A DNA stretch of 64,000 bases, taken from assembly GCF_035594765.1 (NCBI RefSeq), contig NC_085841.1:259624525-259688524 (forward strand), read 5' to 3'. Below, in pieces: positions 22,101 through 34,600 of this stretch. Positions within the stretch are counted from its first letter, which is position 1; every line of letters begins with the position of its first letter. The notes beneath the pieces are model-generated. The model saw nothing but the letters and a program-made list of their open reading frames with translations. It was not told where the DNA came from and searched no databases. Origin of the DNA: Anolis carolinensis (taxonomy: Eukaryota). Both the position numbers and the translations under genes were made by a program.

Positions 22101-25100
22101 ACAGAGCAACAGTTTCAAATTGAGAAAAACACGCCACCTAAACATTAGAAAGAATTTGTTAGAGTTGTTCAACAGCAGCATTTGGACTCTCAGAATATGA
22201 TGGAGTGGTTTAGGAAGCTGGGTATGTTTAGCTTGGAGAAGAAAAGGCTAAGGGCACATGTTAGCCACCTTTCAATATTTGAAAGGCTGTCACATTGAGG
22301 ATGTGGCAAGTCGTTTTCTGCTGCTTTTGGAGACTAGGACATGAGCAATTCATTCAAAATTCAGGAAAATATTCTGCCTAAACATTATGAAGAACTTCCT
22401 GACCTGGTTGGCAGTGGAATATGCTGCCTCGGAGTGTAGTGGAGTCTCCTTCTCTGGGGGTTTTTAACAGTCTGGGTGGCCATCTGTTGGGAGTGCTTTG
22501 ATTGTGTCTTGCTGCGTAGAATCATAGAATAATAGATGGCAAAGGTTTGACTAGTCTTTTCCAAGTATGATTCTATGATCATTATTGGAACAGGATTCAT
22601 TTCTAAGTTGATACACATAGGTTTCTTCTGTCAAAGGCTGCTTCTTTAAAGGTGGCAGGCAAATATTCTACATAAATAAAATTATGGTTGAGTAGCAGGG
22701 ACGATACCTGAAATCCACAGGTTACATTGAGCCTAACAGGCCATTTGTCCTGTTCACTAGAATTGCTGTATGGGAGTCATACAGCATTTGAGTATTACAG
22801 CTATCAGAAGTTCTCTTCAATAAACTGTGCTGGATTGGGCTTCTGGGAATTGTAGTTCAACAAGCATGAAGACTACGTCCGCTCTTGGGCAGTAAATAAT
22901 CATATGACAAAACAACTAAACTAGAAAACTCTCCTGAAAGAGTGTTTAATATTTCTTTCTTTTTTAAGGTTCCTTGCATTCTTAATTTAAGAGTAAAATT
23001 GTTTTTATAACAAGTTTTGATCTGTCATAAGATTGTGTTTAACTATGTTTCACTTTATATGGGGCTATGCTGAGAATGTGTTTGCCTTACAGCATGCTAT
23101 TGAAACCATGAGGACAACACCAAATTCACAGAAGGCCAGCATGACTGCAAATCTCCAGGCTCAAGAAGATCCGCAAAAAGGAGAACACAAGGGTCAGTGG
23201 ATCAGGAATAATGGAGTTCACTGAGTAACGGAGAACTACAACTTGAGTTAAAAGAGCATCTTTAAGGAAGGGGAAGCTTGATATTTCCTAGAAGATGCTG
23301 GTTTGATAGTTAGGGGAAAGGATACATGTTGTTCACAGCTAGGACACAGATGGCGGATACACAGCCTTGTACATGTTGATCAGGTACTATTTCTCATCAT
23401 TCCACATTTATATTCAAGCTGGCTGCTGCTGATGAGAATTGGAATCCACTGGTAGCCTTTAATTGTAGAATCTTGACTGAGTACTTACCTTGTTCTTGAA
23501 GTTGACTATGTAAAATGGAGCCAGTTGCTGTCTCAGCTGAAACTTTTGCAGAACTTTTTAAATCAGTGTGGACTGCTATGAATTCTAGAAAGAGATAGAT
23601 AAACATGTAATAAAATCTCTACTATCATGTTTCACTAGGAAATAGTAATACTTTTCATTCCTTTTTTCTGGCTGAAAAGGTGAGTGTGTGACTATTGATG
23701 CCCTGGGTTCCCCAATTTGTTTTTTTTTAACTGTCTTACCTCTGAGACAAAGAAGAAGGGGGGAGATATCAGTGCTTGATTAAGCAAGGAAAGGGTGAAA
23801 AAAACCATTTTGGGACCCAAAAAGGGGTGCAAATATTATAGAATCAGAGTTGGAAGAGACCACATAGGCCATTTAGTCCAATCCCCTGCCATGCAGGAAA
23901 TGAGCACTCAAAGTACGCTTGACAGATGGCCATCCAGCCTCTTGTTTAAAAGCTTCCAAGGGAGGAGCTTCTACCACAGTCCGAGAAAGAGAGTTCCACT
24001 GTTGGACAGTTCTCTTGGTCAGGAAGTTCACCCTAATGGGTGAATCTCCTTTCCTATAATTTTCTCAGACTCATTGCTCTGAGTCCTGGTCTCCAGGGCA
24101 GCAGAAGACAAGCCTTCTCCTTCTCCTTTATGTCAGCCTTTCAAATGCGGTAAAATATGGTATATGCCACCCAAATAATAGAGGAATAACTGCACTGAGC
24201 CTATTCACTTCCTTCATATACATAATCATAACTCATATATTTGAATATGTAACTTAATCAAAATTCAATTCTATTTATGGGTGAATCAGTTTTTAGGATT
24301 GCATCTTCTAAACATGGCATTGATCTGAATCTTCAGAAGTGGATGAACTGTTTTTCCCTTTATAATGTTTGCTAACATAAAATGTGTTGCTGGTTTTTTT
24401 TTAAGTAATCGTAGCCCAGTTGCTTTTCTTTGTTTGCCTTATAAACACTTAGGTAAAGGGATTAAAATAAGTTTTTTAAAAACCTCTGTAAAATAGTAAA
24501 TTATAAGCATATCTGTCCTGGTAATTACAAATGTTCATCGTCTTGATGATACAGTTTTCACCTCATGCTTTTATCACATAAAATAGTTCAGTGACCAGTA
24601 ACTGTAGTTGCTTTTCTCTATGCAGTGGGCAGCCCTGAAAAGAGTGAAGAAATTCGAAAACCATCCCAGAACGTTGGGTATGTTGTCTGTTGGGTCTTTT
24701 GACAAACTTCATGACCAGTATTCTTTTCTTAACCTTGGTATATTTACTCTTGTATCTATTGTTTGTGTATATGCCTGTGCATCACCTATGAGTAAGACTA
24801 CCAGACCATTTCTATTTGTTTGTTACTGGGAGCAGGAACAAAGCTTCATTGCTTGTTATCTCACATGAGTGACAAAAAGAGTGACCCAGTCATACACAGG
24901 TTCAAAGTGTTGGAAAATAAGATGAATGGAGGTACAGGGAAAGAAAAGAATGGGAAAAAACATAAAATAGTATTCCTCTTTGTAGTTGAGGAAGGGAGAA
25001 TTTTCAGGCTGGGTTACAAATAAGAGATAATGCCAAATTAGGTTCATGGATTTGAATCCCCTTCTATGTAAGGGAGACTTGGCTCCTTCTACACAACTGT

Positions 25101-28100
25101 ATAAAATCCACATTGAACTGGATGATATGGCAGTGTGGACTCAGATAATCCAGGACCCTTCCACACAGCCATATAACCCAGAATATCAAGGCAGAAAATC
25201 CCACAGTATCGGCTTTGAACTACACATATGCCATATATTCCTGCTCAAAGCAGATAATGTGAGATTTTATTCAGCTGTGTGGAAGGGGACCCAGTTCAAA
25301 GCAGATATTGTAGGTTATCACTAAGGGCCCTTAGTGAAATCGAGATATATCCTTGAGCTGACATCTTGGTTGGGTTGCTGACCTGAAGGCTGCCAGGTTC
25401 AAATCCAGAGAAGCCTCCCACAAGGATGGTAAAAACATCAGGGTGTCCCCTGGGCAACATCCTTGCAGACGGCCAATTTTCTCACTCCAGAAGCAACTCC
25501 GGTTGCTCCTGACACACACACACACACACACACACAAAAGCTGACATCTTGCCTAAGGATTCTTTTAAGCCCCTTAAAGGACTCAGAAAGAAGCCAAGGG
25601 ATGGAAGATGCGTGGTGCTTTCAAGAGGACCGATGATAGAATATTGTACTGGTGTGTTCTGTATAATGAGTCCTCCGTTAATTTTTATATACAAAACTAA
25701 ATTTACAGGAGACAAGCAAGTTATAAAAGAGCGCTTGGTGATCTAGAGGATGAACAAGAGAAGCTCTCTCCACCAAGAAAAAAGGTTCCGTCTCCTTACC
25801 TTGCCAGCAAGGTGAGACAAGTATTGTATCCTAGAGAACATGTTAAGTTTATTAATGGTTTCCCAAGGACTGATTATATTTTGTACTCTTTAGGTTGTCC
25901 GGCCATTCAAGACATTCTTGCACACAGTGCAGAAGAACCAAATGCTTATGGGAACCCCAAGCTCTGTGAGCCGAAGCTGTACAGTAAAATCATTCCTCAA
26001 GCAAAACACTCCTTTAAGGACCACTCCCCAGGTAACATGAGATCTTTTTATAGGTGGAAAGGGGGGAAGAGCAGCTTCTGAACTAAAATTTACCTGCTCA
26101 GGTGTAGTGCAGGGGGAGAAAGTAATAATAAATATGCAAATTGTCAGGGGGATTCTTGGTATGGATGGGAGGACCAATCCACAATGCCTGGGTTTTCCCT
26201 ACATGCCAAACCTAACTAGCAGGAGCTCAATGTTCTTTTTCTGTTTTCACTATTATGTTTTTTCATCATTAATAATCTTGCAAAAGTCTTCAGACTTGAC
26301 AGGCATTTTTACATCCGTTTCATTTAAAATTTATTTATTTATTTACCCCATTTATACCCTGCCTTCTCCACCCCAAAGGGGACTCAAGGCAAGGTTACAT
26401 ATGGCAACCATTTGATACCTCACACATACAAATAAGCTTAAAATAGGATTAAATAAAAACAATTCATATTAACGTTTAAAAACATTACATTAATATTAAA
26501 AAAGATCAATGAAAAGGGTTGGGGGTGTATGCAAACAAATGCAAAATTACTGTGTTTTGCCCTTTTAAAGAAAAACTTGATTGGGTTTAGGGACCCAAGG
26601 GACTGAATGATGTTAAGTGCTGGCATGAGACAGTGTGACAGAATAGACAGGCAAAGGGACTGATTAATTTTATTAATATTTTATCTATTTATAAGACCAA
26701 ATTATCAAAATATGCACATTGATTTGAACTATTTTATCTTACCATTAAGATTCTGGCGTGTTTGTTTAATTTGCAGACTATGTATTCAGTATCCCAGCAT
26801 AAGTCTCTTGAAAGTGGTGAAGTCCATTGCTGCTTCTTGGGTTAACAGAATGGTAGTACAGGTCTTATGAAGTGTAGGTAAAGGTACAGTTGACCCAGCA
26901 AAGCTTTATGGCAATAGGGTGGAATGCTAGATGCAAGTCTATTTCGGTCATATTGTTAACAATAGATATCGAGTTAACAATACGATTCACTTTTCAAAGG
27001 TATTAACTATATCATAACTTTCTCTTCATACAGGGAGGGTTTGTTGTAAGTAACAAGATTGATCTTAGATTAGATGTGTTTGCACATAATTAACAGTGTG
27101 TCATCCAATGGCATCCCTAACATGCATAGCAACATCCATTCTTTGAAGGGGCTGCCTGGCCTTTGCAACAAACCTTACTAAAATGTAGACTACTTGCACA
27201 ATTTCTAGTGGCATTTCACTGTTTTCTCAATGTTGTACAAGAACCATGGGCATTTCATTTCAGAATGTGATTATTCATATTTATCATTTCATTCATCCAA
27301 TGTTTCAGTTTATTTACACTACCCACTTAATTTAATTTAGATTAGAAGGATCAAGACAGGCAACAAAGTGCAAAAGACAAACTATAATATTATTGAACAT
27401 TGCTTCGAGGAGCTTTGTTGTCTTTTTTAGATCTTGCCCATTTTATTTTAATAATGTAGCTGTTCATAGTTAATTCTAGTCTTTTTAGCTGCCCAGATCA
27501 ACCCATCTAACAGTTTCTACCTGAACTAAACATACAAAAAAGGAGGAGGAAAATAATGTTGAAAAGTGCATAGTCTGCATCCTTACTTAGAAGTAAGTCC
27601 CACAGACTTCAGTGAGACTTTCTCTCCACCAAAATAAGTGTGTTAGACTCCTTCCTCAATGTAACAGTTGTATTCAGCAGATGTCTGCTTAGTTAGAAAG
27701 AAAACCCTGGCATGGAAGTTATTCAAGTTACTGGGAAAACTAATTGATTATTCCATTTTATATCAAATCATTTTGCTTATAGACCCTAGTAGAAATGTTA
27801 GTGTTTGTGTGTTGACAGGTTTGAGATCAGAAAAATAAGCTTAAGAAAAATATCCCTACTTCAAAAGGACTAATGGATCAATGTCCCATCTCACATTACT
27901 AGATTTGGTTGATACTTACCGGTATATATATTTGAAAACGCAGACCAAAGAGAAGGCTGTAACACCTGGTATTGATTTCCAATTTACTGGTCTCTTTAAG
28001 TAAATAAAACTTCTCTGGGGTGATCTATGCCTAATTTGGCCCAGGTTTTGTTCCTCTGCAGTAAGTTTGTTGGCCAGTTAAAATTCAAATCAATTTGTGA

Positions 28101-31100
28101 AAATCTCTCTTTAGTTGCCACTCAGTACTTTGTACTTGCACATGCTACTTCAACTTCATTGGGGAAACAATAAACAAACCTTTCTAACATTGAGACTTCA
28201 TTCTCTTCCTCCTCCTTCATGCTTCTTAGTGTATGTGTGGCATCTTGGCAGAAAATTTCATTTATTTATTAGTTATCAAGACTTGTTTCCTATTTAGGAA
28301 AGACGTGTTGTGATGACAGTTGGCAGAACATAATCTTTTTCAAGTGACAAAGCAATGCTTTAAGTACATATCTAGAAATTACTGTTGCTTTGAATAGATG
28401 AAAATCCAATGTGCATCCTACCCCAGCACCTGGAAAAGGTTACTTTAAAAACAATCCACTTCCATTGCTAATTATGCTGTTTGAAGACTAATTCATAGAC
28501 ATTATTTGTTGCAATGATGCATTGTTGATTGCTCATAGGACTGGAACAAGTAAAGATGGTGCTAGCAGAATGTGGCTTTATGACTGATAAGAGAAGGACA
28601 TAACATTAGCCTCTTTTAAAAGATTAAAAACAGAATAATGATAATATTTTGTAACAATTCTAGGAATAAATGCCTTTGAAAAGTAACTGGAAGCTTACTT
28701 GTTGCACCAATGGAGTGACTTTCCAGTTGTTTCCAGTTGTTGTGTAGCTTTTACATGTGGCTTGGTTATGCTCTTGTCAATGGGAAAAATAGCAGTTCTA
28801 TGTGCTTGTGACATGTTATTTCCAAGCTCCCTCTCTTGTAACACAATATTACATCACAACCCTATTTGAAAATGAGAAAAGATTCATATTTCATGACTGA
28901 TAGAAGTCTCAGGATATTGTAGTGTTTATATTTTAATTAATAATTGATAGTAGTGGCTGCTGTTGGCAGTGCTGGGATTGAGATTGGTCACATTGATCTG
29001 TCATATTGCCATCTTCTTGGAAAACATTGCATTGACACTGGGATTCTTTCTGGTCGCTGTTCCACTTTAGTTATCATGGCCAATGTCACCGTTAAATGGA
29101 TTTGCCCCAAAGGAAAGCAGGGAAGTGGAGGGAAAGCTCTTCTTTCCTTGACTAGAAGTGCAGCTGAATTGGTTGCCTTTTAGCTATTGGAGCAAGCACA
29201 CCTATTACGATGTGTGCTAATGAGTTTCATGTTGTCTAGGAAAAGGAAAAGCAACGGTTGGAAAACCTTCGGAAAAAGGAAGAAGCTGAAAAATATCGAA
29301 AACAGAAACTGGAAGAACAGAAGAGGAAGCAACAAGAAGAGATGAGGCGGTATGTGAGTGCTTCCACTTGCTTCTTTTCTAGTTTGTCGTGGATACCATT
29401 TCTAAATAGAGTTTAATGTGTCCTCAGGAAACGTGAAGAACGCCTTCGCAAGGTGCAACAGGCTCGAGAGCGGGCAGAACAGATGGAGGAGGAGAAGAAA
29501 AAGAGGCTTGAGCAAAAGCTGGCTCAACATGAGGAGAAAAATGAGAAGGTAAGTCTGAATGTAGCAACAAGGCTACATTACATTATCAAGACTTGTATTC
29601 CAAATGTCAGGATACAATTCTCTTACCAATTTAATGAACTCTTTCCCTGTGTTGGTAATATCTGTTTGAGCAGTAGACCTATGAGTACCGTTGGTCCTCC
29701 ATATTTGCAGGCTTAATTTTTTCAGATTTGATTATTTGTGGACTTGATAACTATGTTCTCTTATGCAATTCTACTGTCAAGCTCTGACAAAAGTTGACCA
29801 TAGAGTCACTCTGGGAGTCATTCTATCTCTCAGATAGAATAGTGGATTTCTTTATTCCCACTTTTGCAAGGGTCTTGTGCTTCTAAACCCCATCAAAGGG
29901 GAGTGCCTATTGTAGTCTTGCTATTGAAAATTATTAAGATTTTTCAGTCTGGTATAAAAAAGGCATATACAGAATTCAATGAAATGGGAATTCTATAAGG
30001 AAAGATAGTGTACCTCATAAATTGCCAAGAGATGACTAACCAAGAGCCGGGCTGATATGATGACTTAAGTGCCAGTTCTGTGGAGACCCAGATTCTGCCA
30101 TGCAACAATATCCCTGTGAGACTAATCGCTGCCTGTCCATTGACCAACCTATAGTGTAGTCATCAGGATAAAAACAAGGAAGGGGAGAGAAGCCTTGAGC
30201 TCTTTTAAGGAAAGATGTAGGTGTAAATAAATCAATATTCTAGGTACGAGAGGAAAAATTAGCAGAAGACAAAGTTAAGAAGAAAGTGGCTGCTAAGAAG
30301 CTGGAGGAAATTGAAGCCCGGCGCAAACAAGATGAAGAAGCCCGCAAACAGAAAGCTCTGCAGCTGGTAAGGTGAAAAGTGTTTGGGCAAGACTGGAGCA
30401 TGGGATGGTGGCTTTCTCCAGAGATGGGGCCAAGGAGAAAGTAAACTTTCTTGTAGAGCAGAGTTGAGACTCATACAGCCTTCTAGCTGTGGGACTACAA
30501 ATCCCATTAGTTCTAAACAATAGTGAATAATGCTCGGAATTGCTGTTGAATTGCTGCATGATTCGTAACTTGCTGTAGAAGCCCACTGCAATCAGCAAAG
30601 TTTTGCAAAAACATTCCATGAATCTTCTCAGGCTTATTAAATATTAAGTAACTTTGATTAAACTTTATTGCTATTTTAAGCCTGTAAGATTCTTCAGGGA
30701 AAATGTATGTCTTGTGGTTCAGTTCAGCTTTGACATGAAAGGTCAGGCAATTTTGACAAATTTTTGAAAAACAGTCTTTCTCGATTTAATTATATAAATA
30801 TGTTTAGGATTCTGTGGTGAAAGAGGATACTGAATATTTAAGTTTCCCTTTCACAGCTGAAAGTAACAAACATGTTATGTGGACTTGTGGAAATTTGGTG
30901 CAGGCCTTCATCTGATTAGTCTTGAGCCACTTGGCTAGGATATAGGCTGTATGAAGCCCACTTGGATTGTAACCTCTTCTTTCGTAGGAGGAGGAGGAAC
31001 GTAGGCACAGGGAGTTAATGCAGAAGAGGAAAGAGGAGGAGGAGCAGGAGAAAGCACGAAAGGCTGCAGAGCAGCGCCAGGCAGAACTAGAGAGGGAGAA

Positions 31101-31601
31101 AAATCTGGCTGCTGAGAGAGAACTGCAGAAGAAGAAGGAGCAGGAAAAGCTGCGGGCACAACGGTAAGGACAAAAGGGCCCAGAAGGCTTTCATTCATTT
31201 CATGATGTCTTGGGCCCTATTGCATGCGTTATTTTGAAGAATTAAGCCTCAGAAATGTGTGATTATATGTGGTGGTGTTACTCTGCCTAAAGCATTCCTC
31301 CTTTTCAATTCAGATAGTAACGGAGCTTGTCTGTTTGTAGGGAATATGAACGACAAGAGAAAGAGAAGGTGACACGCTTGCAGAAAGAGGTTATAGCAGC
31401 AGCGAAAGAGAAGGAGCGTCTTAGAAAAGAGGAAGAGGAGAATGAAAGGAAAAGGGTGAGATGCTTGTCGGCCTCAGAGTTATTGTCTTGCTTGCTTTCA
31501 TTTGTCATATTGAAAGTTAAAGTTGTGGAAAACAGGTAGGAAAATGTAGGCCTACTGAGGGGAGAGTGTTAGCCTCTCAGTCCCTGAAACATCAATTAGA
31601 A

Positions 31602-31647
<46 letters not shown>

Positions 31648-34600
31648 CCCCCCCCCAAAAAAAATTGGTAAAATCACAAGCCAAAGGTTTAAAGAACCCA
31701 GCCTCAAAAGTGATCTGAAAAGAATTTCTGATTTCATTTTTTGTACAATTCTCAAGCAAGATATCCTTGCAGTCAATAGAAAATTGGCCTTCTTGCCCTT
31801 TGCTTTACCACCTTTGAGCTTGGAGCTGGTGCCTTTAACTAGCAATGTGTCGCCTTCTCTTTTTAAAGAAAGAACAATTGAAGCAAGAAGAGGAACAAAA
31901 GGCAGCAGAGGCCAAGACGGCTAGCAAACAACTGAATGTGACGGTAGATATTCAGGTGAGTTCTGAAAAACAGACATCAGAAGTTGGAAGAAATAATCAC
32001 CCTATGAACTTGTTCAGCGAAGGAATATGTACTGTACTATACAAGGGCAGAGAGCTATGCAGACAAACAGGTAACCTAATTATTTTGCTGTTCCTCCACA
32101 TTTCTTCAAACACCGCACCATATCCTGTAGTAACTCTTTAGGATTCGAAAGAGTTGTGCCCTATGCATGTGGTAAAGGACAACACTGCACAAACTTTTCT
32201 AAATGGAAAATGTATGTCATGCATTCATTTTTCTATATGATCATTCTCTCGCAACGCTACATAAACACTTTATTTTTATTATATCTGTGTGGGAATGAAT
32301 GAAAGCAGAGATTTTGGCAAATATCTGAAAATGTTTGTACTGTGTAACATAGGACCATTCTCTTGAATATTATATGTAGAAAATATAGATCTGCAGTCTG
32401 TGTATTGAATGTAATATGTGAACACCTGTAGGGAGAATAATGCTCCTGAAAGCCTCGAGTAGAGGCAGTTGCACTCTAAGGCAAAGCACAGATTTTGCTT
32501 GATTGAAAGAATTCCTTTTCAGGTTTTCCCTTTTAAAAAAACAAAAACTAATAGTGATCTTTGAGTTGCAGTTTTCAAAAACAAAACCAAACATTTTGGT
32601 TGTGTTTGTTGATCCTGTGTGTCTCTCAGAACTGGCCCCATATCTGCCAATGTTTCCCACTCCTACGGTTGCGTGTGTGAATGTATGTTTCTCTTTACAC
32701 TGTGTCTGGCCTCAGTAACACAAGTCAGCATTTGATATTTATTTATTTATTTTATTTCCAATATTTATATCCCGCCCTTTTCACCCGAAGGGACTCAGGG
32801 TGGCTTACAACCCTGGCACAATTAGATGCCTATACAAAATCAATCAACAGTACATAAAATCAGTTAAAAAGCAATTAAATACAATATAAAATTACAATAT
32901 ATAAATTTTAAAATAACCAAATCTGAATGCATTGCAAGAATTGTTACATTGTGTTTTCATCTCATACACCTGACTCCAGGACATATGAAAAGAGTACAAT
33001 TCATTAAGTCTGTTTCTCCTACAGACCAAATCTGTTAAATTCAATCGGCACAGATATTCTCCTTTGCTTCTAGCAATGATTCTCTAACATTTTCAGTCAA
33101 ACCTGCATATTCTTTGTGACTTCAGTCTTGGTTGTCATTGCAGCCTTCTGTGTCAAACCGACTTGAGGGGAAAAGGACAAACTTTTTTTCTAAACTGGTT
33201 GGGGAAAAGAGAGACTGCAGATTAGGACGCGGAACAATGGCTTCAAACTATAGGAAATGAGATTCCACCTGGACATCAGGAGGAACTTCCTGACTGAGAA
33301 GTGTTTGGCAGTGGAACTCTCTGCCCCGGACTGTGGTGGAGGCTCCTCCTTTGGAGGCTTTTAAACAGGCTGGATGGCCATCTGTCGGGGGTGCTTTGAA
33401 TGCGATTTCCTGCTTCTTGGCAGGGGGTGGACTGGATGGCCCATGAGGTCTTTTCCAACTCTACTATTCTATGATTCTATGCAATAGGTATCAAAAATAA
33501 CAATTGCCAATCTGTTAGGGTTTTTGCTTTTCTCTGATTTGTTGATAGCAGATATGTTAGCCTATCCATATTCATGATTTCCATTATTTTCAAAATCCAT
33601 TGATCCATTGCCAGTACTTCTTTGTCTCTCCACAATTTGGCATAAACTATCCTTGCATAAACTATCATTGTTCAAAGACTACTTAAAAATGAAAAGATGA
33701 AAATATTAATTTGAAACAAGAAAGAATGAGGATAGAAGAAAAATAGTTGTTCCTTAAGTGAAATGGTTAAAGAAAAGGGATGCCCGAAGGAATAATATCA
33801 AATATACCAGGACTATGGAAAGTTTTTACCCAACACCATAAAGTAGATGGAAGTCAATAAGTATATCCTTTTTTAATTTTTTATTGTTATTACCACTGCT
33901 TTTTTGTAACACTCAGCAACTTCTTTTCTTTTTTGTTTTTCTTTTCTCTTTTTTTTCTCCCTTTCTCTTCTTTTTTTCTAAGCACTTGGGTTTTTATATT
34001 TTATTTATTTGGAAAATTTCACTCTAATAAAAATATTTCAAAAAAGGTATCAAAAATAAAAACATCAACTTAATTCCATTAATGTCATTAAAATGGGGCA
34101 AGATGCATGTAGTCATTGGCTTATGGAACAAGAATGCCACTAGCAGACTACCTATAAAGATTGTGTATAAAGTCTAAAAGAAGGTATGCTTTTCTCAGAT
34201 TTGAATGCTTGGAACATTGAAAGATACATCTTTCAACACACACACATACAAGCACAAAAATTAGCAATATCCAGCACAAAGTGTAAGGTGTGTCTTATAT
34301 AGTCACTCATGAAATGCCTGTTGGAATAGAAAATACTTTATTTGCCTTTTAAAAGAAAGTAGCGGTGGTGTCAGTCTAACTTTACTGGAAGAGAAAATAA
34401 GTAACTTATTGTTTGAAAAATGATGGAACCTCTCAGAAGCATGCTTGAGATTCTACCATGTTGCTACAACTTATCTAAGATTATCTGGTCTTAAATACAG
34501 TAATCAAATGTACCTTTCTGTCCAGAACTCACCTTGTAATTCATATGAGATGACACCACAGAGCCACAAGCACCCCAAGGTTAACATTGACGATTATGGG

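Noticed and set aside
30259-31508. Minus-strand ORFs over exons 14-16
   Set aside because: Antisense shadows of purine-rich SAH-coding exons
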